From NCBI GenBank assembly GCA_030141605.1, contig JAQGDQ010002521.1, forward strand, positions 1-10,172: 10,172 nt of DNA. Reading direction: 5' to 3'. Within the stretch, counting starts at the first letter, position 1. Every line of letters begins with the position of its first letter. This document shows positions 1 to 7,383 of the stretch, one piece after another. Below the pieces are notes generated by a model. The model was not told the DNA's origin and searched no databases. It saw only the letters and a list, made by a program, of their open reading frames with translations. The translations under genes and the position numbers were made by a program. The stretch comes from Tubiluchus corallicola (lineage: Eukaryota; Animalia; Priapulida).

Positions 1-2922
1 GTAATATTATCATCTTCGTTCGAGCAGTTGGAGCAGGTTGTAGTTACGGCAATGGGTATTAGGCGTGAAGAAAAGGCGCTTGGCTATTCAGTTGAGCAGA
101 TTTCTGGGGAGAGCCTGGAAAATAATGCCAAAACTAATCCAATGGAAGCGCTTGCCGGTAAGGTGGCAGGCTTAACTGTTTCCTCCTCAGCCAGCGGCCC
201 CGGTGGTTCTACTAAGGTGCTAATTCGTGGAGTGAGTGCCATAACCAGCGATAATACCCCGCTATATGTAGTAGATGGTGTACCGATCAATTCAGGTGGT
301 GGGTCATCAGGAACGGAGTATGGTGGTTTCGATTATGGGAATGGAGTCAATAATGTTAATCCAGATGATATCGAATCTATTGCTGTACTTAAAGGTGGGG
401 CCGCCACGGCGCTATATGGATATCGGGGGTCAAACGGTGTAATAATGATCACCACTAAAAGCGGTCAAAAAGGTAGTGGTTTGGGAGTTGATTTTAGCTC
501 AACTGTATCGTTCGATAATCCTCTAGTTAAGCCCAATTTTCAAAATTTATATTCGCAGGGATCCGGCGGAAAATATGATCCCATAAGCCATAGAAGCTGG
601 GGAGAAAAAATGACTGGCCAAACGGTTACAAACTTCCTGAATGAGAATCAGGTTTTAGGTACTGCTTCAAATCCTTACGATGGGTTTTACCGGACTGGAG
701 TTACATATGATAACTCATTAATAGTGAACAAGCATAGTGATGCCTATTCCGTTTATTTTTCAGCTAATTTGTTAAATAGTGATGGTATTCAGCCTGGTTA
801 TGAGTATGATAAGCGAAATTTCAATCTTCGCGTTAATTCAAAACTATCTGATTTCTTGAAATTTGATGCTAAGGTAAATTATCTGAACCAGGATGCAGTC
901 AATCGTCCTAACCTCGCAGGCTCGCCAAATAATCCGGTCTATCTGCTCGCGTCAATGCCACGTTCAGTGCAATTGAGCCAATTAAACCCATACTTAACGG
1001 TTGAAGGGTATCCGGTAGTATGGACCGAAAGTTACCGCACTAACACTGATGGAAGTGTCGCAATGTATGCCGGCCCACCAACTTTTGCAAAGTCACCACT
1101 TTTGCAAAACCCTTATTGGGCAACAGGGCATAACAGAAACGAAGATGAAAGAAATAGGCTGATTGGGTTTGGAGAACTTACACTTGATTTTGCTGAATGG
1201 TTTGAACTTCCCTTTATATTCAATTTAAGTGCTCGGGTTGGGGCTGACTTTATTAGTGATCGACGAATGATCTACAATGCCCATAACACGTATTTTAAAT
1301 TGGATGGACTTGCTACATACAGTCTATATACAGGGCAGTTCTTAGAAACCAATTATATCGCCTTGCTTAAGATTGGAAAAACTTTCGGAAGATTTACAGC
1401 TCATGGAACATTCGGAGGAAACCTCATGAACAATAGTTCTAAATCTACTTCCGCAAGTTCCGAGGCTGGCTTGATCAATCTTTTAGGAGAATATGTGATC
1501 AGTAATTTCAACAATCCTATCCCTACTGAAGGATTGGGACAGCGACAGGTTCAGTCCGTGTTTGGGATGGCTAGTATGGACTGGGATAGAAAAGTTTATC
1601 TTGATCTTACTTTTAGAGGTGACTGGAGTTCGAACTTGTCACCTGAAAACTGGTACTATTTTTATCCATCAGCCAGTATAAGTGTGTTACTCCATGAATA
1701 TCTTACTCTTCCGGAATTTATGAGTTTCTTAAAGGCAAGGTACTCTTATGCTGAGACAGGAAGTGGCGGAAATCTTTCAACTTTCCGGTATTTTGGTTAT
1801 GGTACAAACCCCAATCAGTATTTTGGGTTGCCTTATGGCTCTATTCCTAGTAGAAGAGCAGAGTGGAATATACGTCCGGAGTTTCAGGTTTCAAATGAGG
1901 TTGGCTTAAAAGCAATAATGTTTGCGAACCGTTTAGATGTTGATATATCTTATTATGAGTCTGGAATTAAAGATCAAATTTTAAGATCTCCTATGGCACC
2001 CTCTTCTGGATATAATGAAGGGTTTATTAATGGTGGATATATTAAAAACAGAGGAATTGAACTCGTTGTCTCCTATGATATAATAAACCAGTCAAATTTG
2101 AACTGGAGAGTTGGTGGAAATCTCACCAAGCAGTGGAATAATGTTTCAGAGCTTGGTGATGGTGTTGACTCTCAGGATATTGGTGGAGCTGCAGGAATAA
2201 GAACTGTTGCTATTGTAGGGCAGCCTGTTGGAACTATGCAGGGAACAGCTTTTGCAAGAGACGAGCAAGGAAGATTTATACTTAATAATGATAACTTACC
2301 AACTTATGTTACCACTGAGGATGGTGCCGCCGATATTTTCCAAAATATAGGAAATGTATATCCTGACTTATTATGGGGTGTTAATTCAGCAGTTAGTTAT
2401 CATGGGTTTAATTTAGGCTTCCTAATTGAGTCAAAGCTTGGAGCTGACATCTATTCCCTGACTAATCAGCATGGGGCAGAGTATGGAACCCTTGCCTTTA
2501 CAACTCAAGGTAGAGATGAATGGGAAGAAGCTAAAGCCACCAGTGAAATAACGGGAGTACCGCCAACTGATGGGTTCATGGTGCATGGGGTAAAAGATGG
2601 AGTTGAAGGGGATTATCCAGTTGATCCTCAGAAATACTGGGACTGGATGGGTCGGGTTTCAGAGGCTTTTGTCTATGATGCGTCTTATATACGATTCAGA
2701 CAGCTTTCGTTAGGCTATAACTTCAGTGCTCAGACGCTACAAAATACTCCTTTTAGGAATCTATCGGTTTCGCTGTTTGCAAACAATCTTTTTTATATCA
2801 TGCGCAGAGTAGAAAACATCTCTCCTGAGTCATCATTCGGAACCGGTAATAATGTTGGATATGAGTTGTTTGCACAACCAGAGTTGAGAAATTATGGTAT
2901 AAACCTAAAAGTGTCATTCTAA
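1..2922 (+). CDS. susC: SusC/RagA-family TonB-dependent outer membrane transporter (5'-truncated; true start lies upstream of the window)
   Basis: Frame 1 is open from base 1 (VILSSSFEQLEQVVVTAMG...), so TTG at 28 is not the real start. TonB-box-like LEQVVVTA; plug motif PLYVVDGVP; SusC signature NPDDIESIAVLKGGAATALYGYRGSNGVIMITTK (TIGR04057-like); barrel motifs (FYPSASIS, FLKARYSYAETG, DASYIRFRQLSLGY); C-terminal Phe (INLKVSF). A SusD gene follows immediately. Confidence 0.97.
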   Translation, partial: VILSSSFEQLEQVVVTAMGIRREEKALGYSVEQISGESLENNAKTNPMEALAGKVAGLTVSSSASGPGGSTKVLIRGVSAITSDNTPLYVVDGVPINSGGGSSGTEYGGFDYGNGVNNVNPDDIESIAVLKGGAATALYGYRGSNGVIMITTKSGQKGSGLGVDFSSTVSFDNPLVKPNFQNLYSQGSGGKYDPISHRSWGEKMTGQTVTNFLNENQVLGTASNPYDGFYRTGVTYDNSLIVNKHSDAYSVYFSANLLNSDGIQPGYEYDKRNFNLRVNSKLSDFLKFDAKVNYLNQDAVNRPNLAGSPNNPVYLLASMPRSVQLSQLNPYLTVEGYPVVWTESYRTNTDGSVAMYAGPPTFAKSPLLQNPYWATGHNRNEDERNRLIGFGELTLDFAEWFELPFIFNLSARVGADFISDRRMIYNAHNTYFKLDGLATYSLYTGQFLETNYIALLKIGKTFGRFTAHGTFGGNLMNNSSKSTSASSEAGLINLLGEYVISNFNNPIPTEGLGQRQVQSVFGMASMDWDRKVYLDLTFRGDWSSNLSPENWYYFYPSASISVLLHEYLTLPEFMSFLKARYSYAETGSGGNLSTFRYFGYGTNPNQYFGLPYGSIPSRRAEWNIRPEFQVSNEVGLKAIMFANRLDVDISYYESGIKDQILRSPMAPSSGYNEGFINGGYIKNRGIELVVSYDIINQSNLNWRVGGNLTKQWNNVSELGDGVDSQDIGGAAGIRTVAIVGQPVGTMQGTAFARDEQGRFILNNDNLPTYVTTEDGAADIFQNIGNVYPDLLWGVNSAVSYHGFNLGFLIESKLGADIYSLTNQHGAEYGTLAFTTQGRDEWEEAKATSEITGVPPTDGFMVHGVKDGVEGDYPVDPQKYWDWMGRVSEAFVYDASYIRFRQLSLGYNFSAQTLQNTPFRNLSVSLFANNLFYIMRRVENISPESSFGTGNNVGYELFAQPELRNYGINLKVSF

Positions 2923-2934
2923 AAATATGCAGAG

Positions 2935-4413
2935 ATGAAAAAAGTACTAAAAATCATAAATATTGCAGGAATTTTAATGGTATTAGGTATTTCCTGTACT
3001 AATAGTTTCGAAGAAATTGACCGTCCAAAAACAACAGCAGATGTAATCGATTCAAAATACCTGTTTACTCGTTCGTTGGTTACAGGCTCCGGTATGAGTG
3101 TAAGTGTCTGGCAACTGATTAATCAAACATCTGGCTCTGTTTATGCTCAATATTGGGCCAATATCAATCCAAGTTTTACCAGCGACAATTTTGAACCCGG
3201 ACCCGGGAACTTGGTATGGGACTGGTATTATTCAAGGGCTCACTTTGCTCCTTTAAATGTGAATTATAATGTGATACAGCTAGCGGAGAAGGAGGGAAAC
3301 CCAATCAAGGTTGCATGCGCAAGGATATGGAATATTTATATGTATCAGCTACTGACCGATATGTATGGTGATATTCCTTATACAGAAGATTTTGAAAGTG
3401 CTAATCCTAAGTTTGATAAACAGTCTGAAATATACACCGACATGATAAAGGAAATTACAGAGGCCGTTAATCAAATAAAAGATAACAGAGATAAAGGAAT
3501 AGTCGGTAATGGGGAAGCTGATGTGTTATACAAAGGAGATCTTGATAAATGGATAGTTTTTGCTAATACACTGGGCATGCGAATTGCGCTGAGAGCATCT
3601 AATGTTGCAGAAACCAGCTTGACACAGCCATTCTTCAGTCAGCTCGATATAGCTGAAACAATGTCATCTAACGAGGATATTGCAAAAATGCTTCCCGATC
3701 CTGCAGGGCCGACCTACCACGTTAAAACCCCATTGAGTTATGTTTACGGATGGCATGAAGTCAGAATAAGTGAAACCTTGATGAATTACTTAAATGGGTA
3801 TAATGATCCCCGTGTTTCCAAGTTTGCAGAACAAAATGTCGAGGGAAAGTATGTTGGGTTACGTAATGGTCAACCCTCTGAATCATTAAGTACCGGATAC
3901 GAAGATTATTACAAGCCATATTTCTGTAATATTGGATCGTTTTTTACGCATGAGAATGCAGTTCACTATATGCTTACATATGCTGAGGCTTGTTTTTTAA
4001 AGGCTGAAGCGGCTGCAAGGAATTATATTTCCGGTGATGCACAACAGTATTACGAAGATGGGATCAAAGCCTCTTTTGAGCAGTTTGGAATAACAGACAG
4101 TGATGCCTTATTGAACTACCTGTCCGGTGGTTCTGTCTCATATGACCCCTCAAAAGCGCTGGAGCAAATCTATACACAGCGCTGGATTGCATTATATCCA
4201 AATGGTCATGAGGCGTGGTCACTGGTTAGAAGAACAGGTGTGCCAACTATGCTTGAACCGGTATACACATTTCCCGGAAATGATGAAATGCCACGACGTG
4301 CTCAGTATCCTGACAATGAAAGAAGATACAATATTGATAGTTATGGATCTGCTGTAGCAAATATGGGAGGAGATAGTCAATATACCCGTGTTTGGTGGGA
4401 TGGAGGTAAATAA
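2935..4413 (+). CDS. susD: SusD/RagB-family nutrient-binding outer membrane lipoprotein (SusD-like_2, PF12771 type)
   Basis: Begins 12 nt after the susC stop. Lipoprotein signal ending LGIS-C21. Family motifs LLTDMYGDIPY, YKGDLDKWIVFANTLGMRIALR, NDPR, TYAEACFLKAEA, IYTQRWIALYPNGHEAWSLVRRTG and terminal RVWWD. Confidence 0.95.
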   Translation: MKKVLKIINIAGILMVLGISCTNSFEEIDRPKTTADVIDSKYLFTRSLVTGSGMSVSVWQLINQTSGSVYAQYWANINPSFTSDNFEPGPGNLVWDWYYSRAHFAPLNVNYNVIQLAEKEGNPIKVACARIWNIYMYQLLTDMYGDIPYTEDFESANPKFDKQSEIYTDMIKEITEAVNQIKDNRDKGIVGNGEADVLYKGDLDKWIVFANTLGMRIALRASNVAETSLTQPFFSQLDIAETMSSNEDIAKMLPDPAGPTYHVKTPLSYVYGWHEVRISETLMNYLNGYNDPRVSKFAEQNVEGKYVGLRNGQPSESLSTGYEDYYKPYFCNIGSFFTHENAVHYMLTYAEACFLKAEAAARNYISGDAQQYYEDGIKASFEQFGITDSDALLNYLSGGSVSYDPSKALEQIYTQRWIALYPNGHEAWSLVRRTGVPTMLEPVYTFPGNDEMPRRAQYPDNERRYNIDSYGSAVANMGGDSQYTRVWWDGGK

Positions 4414-4426
4414 CAGGTAGGCCAAA

Positions 4427-5638
4427 ATGTCCAAATTAATACAAATATCGCTTTTGCTTCCCCTTTTTACCTTACTGGGATGCAAGGAGTATGTTGCGAA
4501 GCGAACTACAATTAAATCTAGGAAAGCTTTTCGAGAAAAAATTGAAGCAGATATTATTGAAAATGCACTAAAAAAAGATATAGGCTCCATTAATATTGAT
4601 GAGTTGCTTTGGGCAACTTATATGTTCAATCAGCAAAGTGAAAGAGCTCAACAGGTTCTTGCTAAGCTTTCCAGGGCATATGCAGAGCTTTCAGAAAAAC
4701 AGAGGTATAATTTTTGGATGGCTGTCTTAGTTGCAGGAAAAAATCTTAATGATACTATTCTTAAGAGGAATCTAGTGGAGGAGGATAATCCAAAAGTTAT
4801 TGCGCTTGCATCACAGTACTTTGTTGAAGAGGAAGAGTTTATTGGACAGGTAATTGAAGGAGAAAGTGCTTGTCAGATTGAAGGCTTAAAAAGACAACTG
4901 GAAAATTCAGACACTATTCTGTTTAACTCCCTTCATCTTCGCAAGCTTATTGATAGTGAGTTGTTCAGAGGAAAGAAACACGTTATTTCATTTCAACCGC
5001 AAAACCGAAACTATTATGGCCTTGCTATTGTTGTAGATTCACAGGGAAATATTATTACACGGGGAGACGAAATTTTAGTGTTTAAACAGTTGGCTCGCTC
5101 GGCTTCCAATGTTCCGTATTATTTAACCAATGGGAATAGCCCCTGCGGATTGTATAGTATTCAGGGAACCGAAACCAGTGATAACGTTTTTATTGGCCCA
5201 GTTCCAACACTTCAGATAAGAATGCCTTTTGAAGTTAGTACATCTGTCTTCTATCACCGTGAAATGAAAAGTGAATGGTCTGAAGAGTTATATCTAAATA
5301 ATATACCCATTGAGCTTCATGAGGTGAAGCAACTAGAACAAACTTATCGTGCAGGGAAATGTGGTAGGACCGAAATAATACTGCATGGTTCTACCATTGA
5401 CCCGGAGTTCTATTTGAAGCAGCATTTTTATCCGCTGACACCCTCCCTGGGATGTATAACATCCTACGAAAAATGGGATGAGAAGGGGAAGCTTGTTGAA
5501 AGTGATCAGCGAAGCCTAGTTGAACTCTATGAAGGCTTGCCCGGCCAACATGGATACTTTTTGCTGGCAAATATTTCTAATTCAAATAAGAATATATTAT
5601 TAGTTGATTTACAGAATTTTATTGTTAATAAATTTTAA
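4427..5638 (+). CDS. Uncharacterised lipoprotein: helical N-terminal half plus putative YkuD/L,D-transpeptidase-fold (Cys-His) C-terminal domain
   Basis: 403-aa ORF with 13-nt and 5-nt gaps to its neighbours. Lipobox LLG-C19. NGNSPCGLYSI (aa 235-245) resembles the YkuD 'TPxGxy/fxI' strand. IILHG(H320)...TPSLGC(C343)I resembles the HG...S-x-G-C catalytic motif. The CDS itself is secure; the fold call is inference. Confidence 0.7.
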   Translation: MSKLIQISLLLPLFTLLGCKEYVAKRTTIKSRKAFREKIEADIIENALKKDIGSINIDELLWATYMFNQQSERAQQVLAKLSRAYAELSEKQRYNFWMAVLVAGKNLNDTILKRNLVEEDNPKVIALASQYFVEEEEFIGQVIEGESACQIEGLKRQLENSDTILFNSLHLRKLIDSELFRGKKHVISFQPQNRNYYGLAIVVDSQGNIITRGDEILVFKQLARSASNVPYYLTNGNSPCGLYSIQGTETSDNVFIGPVPTLQIRMPFEVSTSVFYHREMKSEWSEELYLNNIPIELHEVKQLEQTYRAGKCGRTEIILHGSTIDPEFYLKQHFYPLTPSLGCITSYEKWDEKGKLVESDQRSLVELYEGLPGQHGYFLLANISNSNKNILLVDLQNFIVNKF

Positions 5639-5643
5639 AAATT

Positions 5644-7326
5644 ATGAGAAAAGTAAAGCATGATTTATTTTTAAGTATTACGATGCTTATCGTAACTGGA
5701 TTGGCTTTTACAGCATGTAAAAAAGATGATACGGAAGTATCAAATGCAGAAATTATCTCATTTGCTATAACTGATGCCGGAGTATCAAAAGATGTGGAGA
5801 TTGGAGGTGAAATAACTGATCTAACCATTGCTGTTATAGTTCCTTTTGAAACTGATGTGACAGAGCTAACTGTTGATATTGAAGTATCTGCAGGTGCCAC
5901 TGTAACACCTGCCACCGGGTCAAAGCTTAATTTTATAGACTCTCGCAACTTTGTAGTTCGAAACGGAGATGTAAATAACACTTATGTTGTTACGGTTACT
6001 AAAGCTGATCCGACAGGTCCTCGCCTTGTGTCTATGGAAGCCAAGAGTGCTGATACAGGAAATTCCTATGATGTTGCAATCGACTACTTAAATGATAAGG
6101 TAACAATAACTTACAATACGTTTGAATCACCAGAAGCTGTTATTTCAAATGTAGAGGTTGGTCCGACTGGAGCAACATATGCTACCTCAACAAAAACTGA
6201 CACGTTAGATCTTTCTGCTGCTGATGTTTCAATTACCGTATCTTATGCTGGAGAGGATAAAGAGTACACTGTTGAGGCTGATGTTGTAGAAATCGGATTA
6301 GACCCTTTATCTGTAGAACTTCTTTTTGACAAATCTGCTGCATCTCAATTAGTGCCAACTGAAATAGCTGATGATAAGTCACGAGGAGCTGCTTTTAATG
6401 GCCGCTATGTTATTGTTCCAGAGCGCAACACAAATAAGATTCTCTATTGGGATATTAAGTCTCCCACTGGTGAGGTAAAAGAGCTAGCTCAAGGTGGTGT
6501 TATAACCGGTGGCTCCTGGCTGGTATCTGATGTTGATGTTGTTGGTGATGCAATTTACGTTAGCAACACGGTAATGGATGCTACTGGTGCTGAATTTAAA
6601 GTTTATAAGTGGGAGAACATTGAAGATGATACTCCTAAGGAGGTTCTTTCTTACAAAACAGTTACAAATGAAGAGAGATTGGGAGATGCAATTTCTGTAA
6701 TTGGCGATCCTTCATCTGATGGATATATTCTCGCTTCAAACTTTCCAGGTTATGGTGGTAAAGAAGATGCAAGTGAGGTGTTTGTTTTTAAAGCAACTGG
6801 TGGTATAATGGCAGGTCCTGATACTTGGGAGCTTGATATTACTAAAGGTGCAGGACTTGGCCAGTATGGCCGTTTCAACGAAATACCAGGAATGGCTAAT
6901 TACCTGGTTGGAACTGGTGCAGAGGCAGGTATTATAGTAGTTGATATTACTGATGGTTCGATTGTTCATGAAGTTCCTATAGAACTAATTCAGATCAGGG
7001 CTCATGATCCACATATTTTTGAGTATAACGGTGGATTATATTTAACTTACACAGTTAATAGAGAGGGGGAAGCAAACGGTGCATTCTATCAGATTGTTAA
7101 TATTTCGGGAGGTGATAATGCTTTAGAAGGGTTAGAACTTCTTTCTGAATATAACATCGCTGAAAGAACTGTTTATTCAAAGAACTTTAGTGCTGCTGCA
7201 GACATATGGGTGGCTGCATCAAATGCTATTGCGTTTGACGAAAACAACGACCCAATGATTTTTGCGTTCACAGTGCTTAACGGATTTATTATTGAGCGTT
7301 TTTTTAAGAAGGAGTCTGATATTTAA
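5644..7326 (+). CDS. Surface lipoprotein with N-terminal Ig-like (DUF5018-type) domains and C-terminal DUF4623-like beta-rich domain; probable surface glycan-binding protein
   Basis: Lipobox FTA-C25 followed by KKDD. Ig-like repeat AEIISF...VPFETDVTEL...VSAGATVTPATG...NF...TYVVTV. C-terminal motifs RGAAFNGRYVIV, ITGGSW, IYVSN, FKVYKW and RLGDAISVIGD...DGYI resemble the DUF4623 family as I recall it. No catalytic motif recognised. Confidence 0.72.
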   Translation: MRKVKHDLFLSITMLIVTGLAFTACKKDDTEVSNAEIISFAITDAGVSKDVEIGGEITDLTIAVIVPFETDVTELTVDIEVSAGATVTPATGSKLNFIDSRNFVVRNGDVNNTYVVTVTKADPTGPRLVSMEAKSADTGNSYDVAIDYLNDKVTITYNTFESPEAVISNVEVGPTGATYATSTKTDTLDLSAADVSITVSYAGEDKEYTVEADVVEIGLDPLSVELLFDKSAASQLVPTEIADDKSRGAAFNGRYVIVPERNTNKILYWDIKSPTGEVKELAQGGVITGGSWLVSDVDVVGDAIYVSNTVMDATGAEFKVYKWENIEDDTPKEVLSYKTVTNEERLGDAISVIGDPSSDGYILASNFPGYGGKEDASEVFVFKATGGIMAGPDTWELDITKGAGLGQYGRFNEIPGMANYLVGTGAEAGIIVVDITDGSIVHEVPIELIQIRAHDPHIFEYNGGLYLTYTVNREGEANGAFYQIVNISGGDNALEGLELLSEYNIAERTVYSKNFSAAADIWVAASNAIAFDENNDPMIFAFTVLNGFIIERFFKKESDI

Positions 7327-7335
7327 TTAGTTAGG

Positions 7336-7372
7336 TTTAAAGGAGAGTCTGTCAAAGGGACTCTCCTTTAAA
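7336..7372. terminator. Intergenic stem-loop (14-bp perfect inverted repeat); weak terminator or mRNA-stabilising hairpin
   Basis: TTTAAAGGAGAGTC (7336-7349) and GACTCTCCTTTAAA (7359-7372) are exact reverse complements around a 9-nt loop, TGTCAAAGG. It lies in the only intergenic gap longer than 30 nt (57 nt). Only three U residues follow the GC-richer core on either strand. Confidence 0.7.
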
Positions 7373-7383
7373 AAAAGAAGAAC

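Noticed and set aside
28-30. TTG start for susC given by the ORF track
   Set aside because: The frame is open back to base 1, the TTG falls in the TonB-box region, and no signal peptide or N-terminal domain is present. The gene starts upstream of the window.
84-290. 68-aa minus-strand ORF
   Set aside because: Lies fully antisense to the conserved SusC plug region and has no recognisable features; a shadow ORF.
4127-4590. 76-aa plus-strand alternate-frame ORF (4127-4357) and 123-aa minus-strand ORF (4219-4590)
   Set aside because: Both overlap the conserved SusD C-terminus, and the second also overlaps the next gene's signal peptide. Neither has protein-like motifs.
4427-5638. Tlde1-like type VI secretion toxin interpretation of the His/SxGC protein
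   Set aside because: It has a lipoprotein signal, no adjacent small immunity gene and no secretion-system genes in the window. A shared fold remains possible.
5631-5643. AATTTT-A-AAAATT inverted repeat at the gene 3/gene 4 junction
   Set aside because: Short, AT-only and with a 1-nt spacer. Expected by chance in AT-rich DNA and explained by the stop codon plus an A-rich leader.
7341-7345. AGGAG Shine-Dalgarno-like sequence in the hairpin arm
   Set aside because: It is 38 nt from the next ATG, and Bacteroidota generally do not use SD pairing. Starts here mostly have A-rich leaders instead.
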